Notes under the pieces: model-generated
The model's input: only the letters and a program-made list of their open reading frames with translations
Told to the model about the DNA's origin: nothing
The model's database searches: none
Shown: one piece after another, positions 40,201 to 52,452 of the stretch
Numbering within the stretch: position 1 is the first letter of the stretch
How the letters are laid out: each line of letters opens with the position of its first letter
Made by a program: the position numbers and the translations under genes
NCBI RefSeq assembly: GCF_006345805.1
Contig: NC_043009.1
Span: 46,686,001 to 46,750,000 of the forward strand
Direction: 5' to 3'
Origin: Octopus sinensis
Taxonomy: Eukaryota
DNA length: 64,000 bases

Positions 40201-40636
40201 ACTAAGAAATTCAGTACGCGTGAGACTAAAAGAATAAGTTTGAAATCTATATTTTTTTCATCTAGTGATACATCATTATGATAACTCGATCTTTTAACGT
40301 TCAGAATAATCTTCAGGAATATGTGGATTGTAAACCCTTTACTTCCATCGTAAGGATTCATTATAATAAAATATCTCTCTAATTCTAAAACGTTCTTTAA
40401 ACATAATTTACAATCTGGTAATTACAACATTAGTTAACTCCCTGATGACTTTCCACATAAGAAATATCGAAAACTTTGGGATAATCTACAGTTGTGAATT
40501 CACGTTCATACTTATAATCGTATTCCAATTAATATTAACTCATATTTTAATTAAAATACCTCTAATTGATGTGTACTATTTGTTTACTAGTTGAAATTAC
40601 TGTTTCTAAAACCTGAGATATGCATTTAAAGTGATA

Positions 40637-40660
40637 TATTTTTATATCTTAAATTTCAGG
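40637..40660 (+). other. Candidate splice acceptor opening the ZNF coding exon
   Basis: T-rich tract then TTTCAG|G, 192 nt upstream of the ATG. A candidate donor CAG|GTAAGC lies at 39777/39778. Confidence 0.5.
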
Positions 40661-40851
40661 TGTAGCTGATTCACCAACATTTCTTTTCTGTATCTTGCAC
40701 TGAAAAGAAATATATTACTGTGAAGACGTTTGTAGATACAACTGTCAGAAAATATTGATACAAATGAAAGGAATATCTTAATTTGCCAACAATGCAGTAA
40801 CTCTTCATTTTGTTCTCACAAATTACATTCCATTTAAATAGTTGCTAACTG

Positions 40852-43800
40852 ATGGAGCCTATAGTTGTTTATCGAAGCCCAGCTGAACCTTTTGAATTTT
40901 CAAACCCACAGGCGGCAAATGTTAACGAAAATAGCCACATTTTTAGGAGAGACTTGTCATTCAATCAGCAAAATAAAGAATTTCATATACATTCACCATA
41001 TCAATCAGAAATGTTTACATCTCCAAACCACTATGATATTATGGGTCCTTTATATTTTAATACAAATATGATTCCATACTCTCCTATTTTAAATTCGACT
41101 CATATACGGCGTTTACCGGACAGTAATATAATTGAATACTCTGCTATGTCTAATCCTTATTATAACGCGTGTCCTTCTTTTGTTCCTTTAAATGATAATG
41201 AAATATATAATAATGCCACGGAAAGTACGATATACCAGAGCAATAAACGCCATCTGACATTGCTTTCCCCCGTTCATTATAATGGTACTGTAAAACGACC
41301 ACGCATGATTCAACCAAACAAAGTTTCAGAAACACGGCCCATACATTTCTGGAGGCCATTTTTGAATGAAGAATCACCGGATTGCGTGCCCAGAAGAAGC
41401 GATAGCAATAACACTGATGACAAACAACGAAATAACAAGAAACTATATTCAAATGATAGTAATTCTAAAGCCTGTTACGAAATACCGGTGAACAACAATA
41501 AGAACAACAATAAAAATAATGATAACAACAAATGTGAAAATTTAAGTCATAGGACTATCCATAATACATCTCCAACGTATTTAAGACAAACGAATGAGGC
41601 AAAAAGTAAACATAGTGAAAGTAATAATAAAAAGAAAGAGGAGAGAATGTTAACAATGGCGAAAACAATTGATTTACTTCGAGAAGCAAGAACTGAGTGT
41701 GATACCGAAGAACCAGTAAATTTAATCGTTCCCAATATTCGAAATTGCGAAGAGGAACTGTTGAAAGAGAACAATTATGTGGAAGATTATTGTACTAATT
41801 GTAAAATATGTAATTTTCATGAGAGACCCCACTCAAATTCTAGGCCGGTTAGTTTGTTATCGACCACACGACAAAATGAAGGAAACGAATCTTTATCTTG
41901 CGCGTCTGATGGCAACATAACACGGAAATCTCCGAGTATCTCTGATTTACCTACAAATATCAATCGCTGGCAACAGAGAATGAAGGAAGCAAATATGTCC
42001 CCATCCAATGGAACTGATAATATGTATAAAAGTTTTGCAAACGACACTCCAGATAGTAGTTTGCAATCAGCACTGGGCAAGAATATGTTTGACGGCATGC
42101 ATTACCCACCATCAAATTATTCTTGGAGCAATAAAGTTAGGACTTCTAATGAATATCCTTCGTCCAGAGCTGTCGATTCTGGTGCATACACAGACCATGA
42201 AAATGCCTTTAGAGTCTCCTTAATGTACAATGAACTACACCGTGGTCATTCAGAAGCATCAAATATGAAAGAAAATGAAAAAAATATTCCAAAATATCAT
42301 TCACCAAATTCCAGTTTTAATTTCAACCATTCAAGAAATTTTAATTTAGAAGCAAAATCCAGTAAATGTAATAACTATGAAAAATTAAAAACTAGTGATC
42401 CACCACTGTCACAAAATGCATATAAGACCGTAGACTCCTATTACGGTTCGTGTAATTTCATGAAATATAAAATGAATTATTGGCAAAATGGAATGGAGGC
42501 ACATCCGAATAAGCATATTGTCAATTGCAATGAAAAGGCAATTAGATATAATAAACACTCAATCCAGTCATCGGATGATAATACCAAAATGAACATTGAA
42601 AAGGGTGCGGCATCCCACCAAATTCACGAAAATTGCCATAAAGAAAGATTAGATAAAGTTCCAGAATCAGCTATAACTTTTTCGCAGAAGGGTTTGAGTC
42701 GACATATTCATCGAGGTTTTCATCCAGTTAATGTAGACAGGTGTACAGAGGAACGCCATGCGGTACATTCGGCAGAAAACTGTCGCAGCGTAAACGAAAA
42801 TACTTCACTAAACGCCATTGTAGATAATGCTGTGCACAAGCCAAAACCTACACAACCAAACCACCACCTGCAAGTAAATCAGAATTATACAGGGACTGGA
42901 GAACTAAGAAATACAGCATCAGAAATGCATTCAAAAGAGGTATATTTTAAGTTGATTCATTCTTCAATGAATACAAACAATGGATGTTCAGAAAAAAATA
43001 TTTCTGAACCTGAAAATATTAGCATAACAGAGCTAAACAAACATATGTTAAATCTGAAAAGCAAAGAATATATACATAACAAAACTACTTCCAGTAATAC
43101 TGAAAGTATTCCAGTGTCTGTTATGCATAAGGCACTGGAAGAAAACACTAATGACATGACTCCGGATGGTGGTCCAAAACAATCCAATTCAATTGAAATT
43201 ATTCAGAATACTGTTTTACAAACAGCAACAATTCGGAATGCTCCACTTCTAATGCTTCCTAATAAGGGATGTGTACCAGAGGTTAACAAAAGAACAAATG
43301 TTACGGATGATTTCACAACAAATGAAGGTACAACAAACATTATAAACAGAGAACAAGCCACAAAAGAAGTCACTATGGCATTGGACTCGTGTGGGTATAG
43401 TAAAGATGTAGAAGAGGAGGAAACATATCAAACAACACTCCATGATACGCAAACTAACGCAACAGAAACTACTTATTTGAGTAACACTGGCAAACAAACA
43501 GCTAAGGAAACGATGTCGGACTCACAAACAAACTTTCCAAATACGAAAAATTCTGAAAATTCATCTTTACAATGTGTTTATTGTGATGAAATATTCCCAA
43601 CAACGAAATTATTGAAGGAACATTTGAAGTCTCACCCAGCCAATTCTCCTTATTTATGCCCACATTGTGATTTAAAATTTTCATCCAAACCAAGGTATTT
43701 GCGACATGCTCTATTACACACTAAAGAAAAACCTTATACCTGTGAAGAATGCCAAAAATGTTTTACAACAGTCACTGCCTTCCATAGACATCTTCATGCA

Positions 43801-44607
43801 AAAAGGCATTCTGGCAATAATTTATCAACTTGTAAGCAGTGTGGTCTGTCTTTCATTGATGATGTATATATGAGCTTGCACTTTAAAACCCATACAGGTG
43901 AGCATCCATTCCAATGCGACATATGTGGCAATATATTTGCATGCAAGAACAACTTGAAAAATCATATCATGACCCATACAGGCGAGAAACCGTTCCAATG
44001 TGTTCATTGTGCTAAAAGATTCGTTACCAATTTTTCTTTAAAAGTTCACATCAGGACACACACAAAAGACTATCCATATAGCTGTAAGATCTGTAAGAAA
44101 AAATTCCTGTGCAGTTCCAACATGACTAGTCATGTGAGAACTCATACAGGTGAAAAGAGACATCAGTGCTATAAGTGCGGCAAGTTTTTTTCCAGTCTGT
44201 CTGGTATTCAAGGACACCAACGGACTCACACTGGGGAATGTCCTTATAGTTGTAATATCTGCAATAAGTCCTTCGCTAGTAAGTTTTCTTTGCGAATCCA
44301 TAAACGAACTCATTCTGGCGAAAACCCACATCGATGCAGTTACTGTAATAAGACATTTTCAAATAGTTCAAATATGCGCCGGCATCTTCGAATTCACACG
44401 GGCGAACGACCATATAGTTGTACATACTGTTCGAAAGCCTTTTGTAGCAGTACATACCTGAAATCTCATATTCGAACGCATACAGGTGAAAAACCTTATA
44501 AATGTAAATATTGTGGTAAAGAGTTCTCCAATACTCTGTGTTTCAAACAGCACGTTAATAATCACGAAAAGAACTCCTCATGTCCTTTACCAACGGGAAA
44601 AAAATAA
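40852..44607 (+). CDS. C2H2 zinc-finger protein, 1251 aa, single coding exon; 12 tandem fingers at 43573-44565
   Basis: Uninterrupted 3.75-kb ORF in repeat-free sequence. Twelve CX2CX12HX3-5H units with TGEKP-type linkers. The N-terminal ~900 aa are N/S/T/E-rich with no domain I recognise. Confidence 0.96.
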   Translation: MEPIVVYRSPAEPFEFSNPQAANVNENSHIFRRDLSFNQQNKEFHIHSPYQSEMFTSPNHYDIMGPLYFNTNMIPYSPILNSTHIRRLPDSNIIEYSAMSNPYYNACPSFVPLNDNEIYNNATESTIYQSNKRHLTLLSPVHYNGTVKRPRMIQPNKVSETRPIHFWRPFLNEESPDCVPRRSDSNNTDDKQRNNKKLYSNDSNSKACYEIPVNNNKNNNKNNDNNKCENLSHRTIHNTSPTYLRQTNEAKSKHSESNNKKKEERMLTMAKTIDLLREARTECDTEEPVNLIVPNIRNCEEELLKENNYVEDYCTNCKICNFHERPHSNSRPVSLLSTTRQNEGNESLSCASDGNITRKSPSISDLPTNINRWQQRMKEANMSPSNGTDNMYKSFANDTPDSSLQSALGKNMFDGMHYPPSNYSWSNKVRTSNEYPSSRAVDSGAYTDHENAFRVSLMYNELHRGHSEASNMKENEKNIPKYHSPNSSFNFNHSRNFNLEAKSSKCNNYEKLKTSDPPLSQNAYKTVDSYYGSCNFMKYKMNYWQNGMEAHPNKHIVNCNEKAIRYNKHSIQSSDDNTKMNIEKGAASHQIHENCHKERLDKVPESAITFSQKGLSRHIHRGFHPVNVDRCTEERHAVHSAENCRSVNENTSLNAIVDNAVHKPKPTQPNHHLQVNQNYTGTGELRNTASEMHSKEVYFKLIHSSMNTNNGCSEKNISEPENISITELNKHMLNLKSKEYIHNKTTSSNTESIPVSVMHKALEENTNDMTPDGGPKQSNSIEIIQNTVLQTATIRNAPLLMLPNKGCVPEVNKRTNVTDDFTTNEGTTNIINREQATKEVTMALDSCGYSKDVEEEETYQTTLHDTQTNATETTYLSNTGKQTAKETMSDSQTNFPNTKNSENSSLQCVYCDEIFPTTKLLKEHLKSHPANSPYLCPHCDLKFSSKPRYLRHALLHTKEKPYTCEECQKCFTTVTAFHRHLHAKRHSGNNLSTCKQCGLSFIDDVYMSLHFKTHTGEHPFQCDICGNIFACKNNLKNHIMTHTGEKPFQCVHCAKRFVTNFSLKVHIRTHTKDYPYSCKICKKKFLCSSNMTSHVRTHTGEKRHQCYKCGKFFSSLSGIQGHQRTHTGECPYSCNICNKSFASKFSLRIHKRTHSGENPHRCSYCNKTFSNSSNMRRHLRIHTGERPYSCTYCSKAFCSSTYLKSHIRTHTGEKPYKCKYCGKEFSNTLCFKQHVNNHEKNSSCPLPTGKK

Positions 44608-44706
44608 TTTTACTAATTTGAAGTTAAAATTCTATTTCAATATTTTTTTCTTACCTTATTATTTAAAAATTGGTTTCCAAGCTCGTGAATTTGTTCGAAA
44701 TAATAC

Positions 44707-44766
44707 AATAAAGTAATCAAAACCAAATGCAACAAGACCATGAAACGCAACTGAAATAAAAATAAA
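44707..44766 (+). terminator. Candidate polyadenylation signals of the ZNF gene
   Basis: AATAAA at 44707, 44755 and 44761, followed by a T/GT-rich stretch. The region is AT-rich, so chance matches are possible. Confidence 0.45.
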
Positions 44767-44849
44767 TAGTTTAATTTTGTTGATTGACAGTCAGTTGAGA
44801 CTACAGTTATTACAAAATAAACGCACGATTTTGCATATATATATATATA

Positions 44850-46080
44850 TATATTTCGTTTTTGGATTTGGTTTGTAAGATTCCTTATATGAGTTTGTGC
44901 GTTAAAGCGTATTATGTTGTGTCTGGGGAGAGTAATTCTCTTTAGTGCCTTATAATTTAACACACTCACCGGTAAAATTTCCACTCATTTCCTTCTTTAT
45001 TTTTCTAAAAATTTCGGTGCATCTTGCAACCTTTTCAATCGTTGTTGAATCTGCCTGTATTCATACTACGTGCATTTTTTGCTTGTGTGCATGTATGTGG
45101 GTGAGTGTATGAGTGTGCTTGTCTGTTCATATAACCTATGTACCTAACCGTTTGTATGTCTATCTGTTTACTTTCATATCCATATGCTTATATACATGTG
45201 CATATACATATACATAAACCCACAGACACACACGCACACATACATCTATCTAGATAACAGGCCACTAACTATTCTACTCTACCTGTATACAATGTGGCTA
45301 TGAAGGTATGATATGTGCTACGTATATTTCCTATTTAGTATTGGGGAAGTTTCATTTATAAGGACGTATTCCCGTATTTGTCTGAGTGTTGGGTCCTTTG
45401 TGGGCTTGGATAAGATGCGGATGTCAAGTTGACCCAGGTTGCCTCCATGTTGGTCCTTGGCATGTTGGTAGAGTATGGAGGACTGATTTTTGTCGTCATA
45501 TTGTCTCAAATTTGAGACATGACCATATATACACACACACACTTTATTCACACAAGGTCACATATGGAGGCACATGTCCACACGTATGGAGATACACATC
45601 CATACATACAAACATAATACGTATGCAAAAGACCCATACACACACATGCACACACTACGAGACAGTGCACACACTAGGAGACAGTGGAAAAAACACACAC
45701 ACATACATAAAAACACACAAACACGGACATGCAAACACATGAATATGCAGAATATACATACAAATGTATACACATACATACATGTATACATATGCACACA
45801 CACACAGACATACATGTATACACACATGCATGCATACATACATACATGTGTATGTACACACACACACACACCACACACACACACGCACACTCACCCACAC
45901 ATATGCGCACAAACAAAAAAGAACGCAGTGTGAATAACGGACAGAGTCAACAAATACGGAAAAGGTTGCAAGTCGCAACGAAAATTTTAGAAAAATAAAG
46001 AAGGAAATGAGTGGAAATTTTACCGGTGTGTGTGTTAAATTATAAGGCACTAAAAGAGAATGGCTCTCCACAGACAGAAT
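44850..46080 (-). mobile_element. 5'-truncated Penelope-like insertion: GIY-YIG C-terminus flanked by inverted pseudo-LTR copies
   Basis: ORF 45318-45551 SSILYQHAKDQHGG..DPTLRQIREYVLINETSPILNRKY. 44915-45090 is the reverse complement of 45905-46080. Confidence 0.85.
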
Positions 46081-46132
46081 AGTATATATATATATATATT
46101 TACATACATATATATATATATATATATGTATG

Positions 46133-46178
<46 letters not shown>

Positions 46179-46270
46179 GTATGTATGTATCTATCTATCT
46201 TTCTATCTATCTATCTATATCTATCTATATATATATATATATATATAATATATATATGTATGTATGTGTG

Positions 46271-46332
<62 letters not shown>

Positions 46333-46346
46333 TAAAGAGGTCGTAT

Positions 46347-46386
<40 letters not shown>

Positions 46387-47156
46387 AGGCCACTCCGGAT
46401 TATCAGCGTCACTCGGGCTCTCACAGATTTCGCATAAGACGCATGCCTACTCGAAGAATTTCAAGTTGTTTCGCTTTATTTCTAGCCCCAAATGGCTTAT
46501 TTTTTTTATATCTAGCACTGTCTTTCTCTATCTCTGAGTTAAGAGTAAAAATAAAGCAACCTTACAAAACACAACTGATCTTTACATACAGAAGCACAAA
46601 GTAACAGCAATGAAATAACGACAGCGGAGTGTACAACAAGCATCACCGACCTGACTGTCACCAGTACTCTTGAGAAGTGATGCCAGTTGGTTGTTTTACA
46701 CCTACTAGACCCGTTCTTATTAGCCCGATTTACTGAATAGCTTTTCCTTCTTTTAAGAATATTGCAGAACTGGAACTTTTCATAGATTGGAATTTAAATC
46801 CTAATCTCTATAGAAATTTATTGTTTCAAGAAAACATTGAATATGAATTACTTTTAATTTTTACGATTATAGATAACAACTCAAAATATAACTTCTGAGC
46901 CCTAGTCAGGCGCGTGTGAACCATGCAGAGAGAACGTCTGCTACGAATAATATTTTTTGACAAAGGGCACCTCTAAGACGACCGCCAGGTGCTAAAGGAA
47001 AATAAATGAACTGCTACCAGGTTGAATTGAAGGAGCCCGAGTTATTGGCTACAATTACATACTTGAAGTTAGTGTTGGCAGAAATTATATCAGCTTTCAC
47101 TTTTACTAAATTTATAATCGGACTAAGCCCGAACAGCCCGAGTGCCGGAGTTACCA

Positions 47157-47237
<81 letters not shown>

Positions 47238-47250
47238 GTATATACATATA

Positions 47251-47286
<36 letters not shown>

Positions 47287-47303
47287 TGTAGTATGTATGT
47301 ATG

Positions 47304-47455
<152 letters not shown>

Positions 47456-47706
47456 ATCGAGGTGAAACCGGTGGTCATTTGCTCGTTGACAAGTGTTGAT
47501 TTTTTCTAATTCCCACGATAAATAAATATATCATCAATCAAGATACGAATGGAGTTTTCTCTTCTAAAAAACAATAGTATTTCGCACGCATATGCAGTTA
47601 CTTACATACGTACATACATGCATACATACACGCACGCACACACGCACAAGCACAAAAACACACGCACGCACACAAACACACACATATATTTACATAGATA
47701 CATATG

Positions 47707-47742
<36 letters not shown>

Positions 47743-47860
47743 CAAAATGGGGCGAGAATACAAAACATCCAGACAGTTAGTTGATACAAGAAAAGGACAA
47801 CAAAACATCCAGATGGACGATACAAAAAAACAAGGACGGGTCATTCGGAGTTTTCTTGGG

Positions 47861-48499
47861 AAGTCAAAACTTAACTGCATTTTCTCCATACATCTTTCTT
47901 AATGCCACACTGCTTTCTGCGCATGCGTGCTTATAGTTGGTAATATTTTGGTCACGTGATCGAAGTTGGAGCCTGATCGCGCCATTTTTCTTTCTGTTTT
48001 TATAGTGTAAGCATGACCGCTCCACTAGCAATGTGCAAAGAGCGGTGTTCCTATTTCTCTCGTTGGAAGGTGTGTCAGGTGCTGAAATTCATTGGAGGCT
48101 TTTAGCACAATACGAGGACAGTGCACTACCGCGTAAAAGTGTGTATGAGTGGATCGAGAAGTTTAAAAATTGCCGGACAGGCGTGACGCATGAAGAGAGA
48201 GCAAGACGCCCGTCGACCACTGACGAGAAGATTCAGCAAGCTCGAGAGATGATAATGGTAAACCGGTTCACCATTACCATCTCTCGGATCACTGCTCTTT
48301 GTTCTTCGTTGGTACACATTGCTAATGGGGCAGCCAAGCTTAATCTGTAAAGCCAGAAAGAAAAATTGCGTGATCAGGCTCAGACTTCGATCATGTGACC
48401 ACAATAGTACAAACTATAAGTACGCATGTACAGAATCCAGAGTGACAATAATAAAGATATGTTACAGCGAAAGTGCAGATAACTTTTGACTTGACCTCG
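47861..48499 (+). mobile_element. Internally deleted mariner (HTH only)
   Basis: ORF 48033-48350 QRAVFLFLSLEGVSGAEIHWRL..VYEWIEKFK..RRPST. Right TIR AAAGTGCAGATAACTTTTGACTTGACCTCG-TA; partial left TIR at 47861-47883. Confidence 0.88.
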
Positions 48500-48737
48500 T
48501 ACATGTATATATATTGAAAAAAGTCCGTTTCCATGTTTTTGTTTTTATGTCCTGTACCCATATATGCATTGCATATATGGGTACAAAAAAGCGTTAAACA
48601 CAATGAGAAACGAAAACATAAAATCAAAAACATGGAAACGGACTTTTTTCAAACAACGAAAAAACAGAGTACAAGACATACAACACAAGGAATATTCCCC
48701 TTCTTCAGTTGTCCCTGTTTCGTCTACTCTGCATACA

Positions 48738-48857
<120 letters not shown>

Positions 48858-51800
48858 ATATATGATTGAAAATATTGGAGTCGACAAGAAGGAGTACGGT
48901 TCGACATTTATGTTTTAATCACTACAATTGTTTCCACGCAGCGTAGTTCTCCAGACGTGCAGGTGCTTGATTATTCAACCGCTTCCCTGCATTTTGAGAT
49001 CTAGTTGTGCTTCTTCAGGTGATTTTGTAAATATTGTCTCCGTAAGTTCAAATTCTCGGCTTCAGCAACATCCTCTCTGTTTGTCGCGGCCAGAATTAAG
49101 TAGTAGTCACTGAGCTTATCAGAGTGTGTTGTTGCTGAATGACCGTTGGCAAACTATTTTGAATATATAAATGTAGTGGGATGGTGATTCTGTTACTGTG
49201 AAAGTGGTTGCCAGGAATTAACATTTGATTTCTTTGTACTGTTGATTTGTTATTCATGATTGGTTACACATGCGATTGTTCCTAGCTGACCTTTATGATT
49301 CGGCATATACGTACACATACATGTTGGTTTACATATACATCCATATGCGTACTAAGGCTCGGACACACACACATATATATATATATTTATATTCATATAT
49401 ATATGTTGATTGATAGCATAAAACCCGTTCCAGTACTTCATTGGTACTTCAACTTATGAACTCTTGAAAAGTTGAAAGGCAAATCTGTTGATACCAGAGG
49501 AAAATGAATTCGGTGTATAAAGATCCACAACAAATTCTTCAATGTATTTTCCGACGCTCCAACGATTCTGCCAGTTGAGCATTCTCTGTAAGATAATTCA
49601 ATAAACATTTATAACTTTGAAAGTATGGAAAATCGAAACGTACTTTATATATTACTGGTACTGCGTCTGTCAAAGTCAATCAGGCATAAAATGAAAGTGA
49701 GGCCCCTGCTGAATTTGACTTCTAATAGATGTAACCGATTAAAGTAAAGCATTCACTACCTAGCAGAATGAGATCACCTCTTGGATAAAAATAATAACCG
49801 ATTTAATTGATATCACTAATTGATTGGTAAATTTTATCGATAAGAAATATTAAAAGGATGAAACAAAATACTACAAAGCATTTTTATTTATTTATTTATT
49901 TACTTACATGCCATCTTTGATTAAGAAAATCAACATCTAACCACACACACACACAAGGAAAATAGAAATAGTGGTCACTCATTAACCAATGGTGTTTTTC
50001 TTTCTTTTAACTATGAAGGCTGTGCTACAGCACCTCCTTTATGATAAACTATACACATTTTCACACTGAATAACTTTGCGTTTTATGCAGATCTCTCATT
50101 ATTTCATAGTCAGTGCATTCGTACTCTCAAACGAGCAGCTCTTCCTGTTGCTTACTCTCTCCATCTCTTTGTTCTTCCATACTGCTATCTATCTATCTAT
50201 CTATCTATTTATCTGTCTGTCTATCTACCTGCTTGTCTGTCTAATTAAACTTCTTACAAACCCTTCCCTATCTCTTCGTATTCTCATACGTGTTGGTAAA
50301 GAATGTGTAGCCAGTTTGACTTGATCAAACAGAATAGGAGATAAGATATTATTTGCATGCATATATAACCTGCTTCTAACCAGTTTAGTTAGATATAATA
50401 GTCTATTTGCTGCACTAATCGGCTACAGATTCTGCCCACAATTGGTGGAAACGTAGAGCGACCCTTCAAAATAGATATATAGATATGGATATAAAGGTTG
50501 ATTGTCAAATGGCCAACGTTTTGATGAATATGTAATGATTGGTCAACAGCGGAAGAATTCATCGGTTGGAGTGTGGGGGTACAGAAATCGGAAAGTTATT
50601 ACTAGTGAATCTGTAAAATGCTGGGGAGGCCTTGGCTGGGAGCTTGCATACAAGCAACGTGGCAACTTCCCAGTGTTCTGTTGACCGGGAATATCTACTT
50701 AAGGAGTGCTATGCTTCATCCAATACGTTGACGTTCTGATAAAAAAAAAAAAAAAACAGGATAGAAAGCTCCCACGCACTTTAACCTGGTTAGGATACCA
50801 CGCTTAGTGGCTTCGCTATTTCTCTTGTAAAAGAAAAAGTAAACCCAAAATAAATTGAACACAGTTTTAGTTTCTTGATGTCGTTTTTAGATCGATGTCG
50901 GAGAGTACCAATTCTCTAAATATTTTCTACCCACCAAAAGCACGAAAAAATTTTTTTAAAAAAACAGAACGAAAAAAGCAAACACTGTTTGAAGTAAATT
51001 CATTGAGCGTAGATTTGTTATAGTCTAGACACCATCGCTGCTGCTGCACTGTCAGTAACTTGCCAGGACCCAGTTTGATTTTCAACCGATTGACTTCGAC
51101 CGAAGCAGTACCAGTTAATTTTGTTTTTCCCCTAACAGATTATTGTTTTATCCGGGTGAGGATGCGAGATTAGGAGAATCGTTGTAGTGTTGGAATAAAT
51201 GCCGTACAGTATTTGTTCTGGATCTTTACGTTCTCGATGCAGATCTCACCAAGATGAACTTCAATTTTTACCTTTCTGACGTCGATAAAGTAAAATAATA
51301 ATATTGCACAGTAGAAGATTTAACCAATAAAGACTCCCATACCGCACCTTATGCATGCTCACACACGCGTACAAATTGTGGGCTTGTACCTAAATTCGAA
51401 ATTATCATTATTCATTCAATGGGGGGGTGGAGTAGCAGATTGGGAAACCCTCAAACAGCATGTTCCTGTCCACTTTCTCGATAAAGTGTCTACGTAGTTA
51501 AATAGAGCTGCTTGATATAGGAGCCAAGAAGAATCAGGAGATCAAATCAATAGAATTTTTTAGCTGTCAGAGAGTTATGATGTAGTGTAGGGTGAAACTG
51601 ATGTTAGCTTAGGCGTCGAAGATACTTATATAAGCAAAGAGATTTTGATTCCCGTTGCTATATCCGATTGATAAAATGGAAATTATGTCTTGGATAACAA
51701 ACGAATCATAAACATTCAATGTTAATGCACTTATAGCACAAATTATCAGAATAGGGGAGAGGAACTTTATGATTCGCTTCTCGGATACGTTGACATATGT

Positions 51801-52399
51801 TCCAAAATCTCTTGAGCTGTTTAGACCCATAGCAGTGGAGCAGAGAAACGAAATGGTTTTCGAGGCGAAGGGCCAACAAAAACAAGATTTTGTACCTTAA
51901 AAATTCACCCCTTTTGTGTGTGTATGTGTGTATTTATGTGTGTATGTATGTGTATGAATGTGTGTGTGCCTGTGTGTGTATGTGTGTTTGTGTGTGTGAG
52001 TGAGTGAGAGAGGGGGAGTGCGTGCAACATCCTCGATGTGACAGCTGCATACATACATACATATTTATAGAAACGCATTCAGGCACATATATATTTGCAT
52101 ATACACACTAACCCCGGTGGGGGTATGGGGGTACAAATAGCCAGGAAGACAGACACAGACACACACATACACACACACTCATATGTATGTGTGTGTGTCT
52201 ATGAGCCTGGATTTGTCCTTCCCACCACCGCTTGACAACCAGCGCCCGTGTTTATGGCCCCGTAACCTAGCGCTTCGGCAAAGGGGGAAAGAAAACAGGC
52301 TTCAAAAAAAAAAAATCGCCGTGTCGATTTGTTCGAATAAAACTCTTCAAGGCAGTGCCCCAGCGTGACCGAAATATAATGAGTGAAGCAAGTAAATTC

Positions 52400-52448
<49 letters not shown>

Positions 52449-52452
<4 letters not shown>

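Noticed and set aside
40865-44716. Short ORFs overlapping or antisense to the ZNF CDS
   Set aside because: Shadow frames of the real gene.
46415-46465. Minus-strand GCAT..ATGC-GAAA hairpin as another hammerhead
   Set aside because: No recognisable CUGANGA strand or stem I.
48880-49260. Minus-strand MQGSG*II..INVEP, reminiscent of Polinton-type polymerase N-termini
   Set aside because: Only a few residues match amid stops; it cannot be supported without a profile search.
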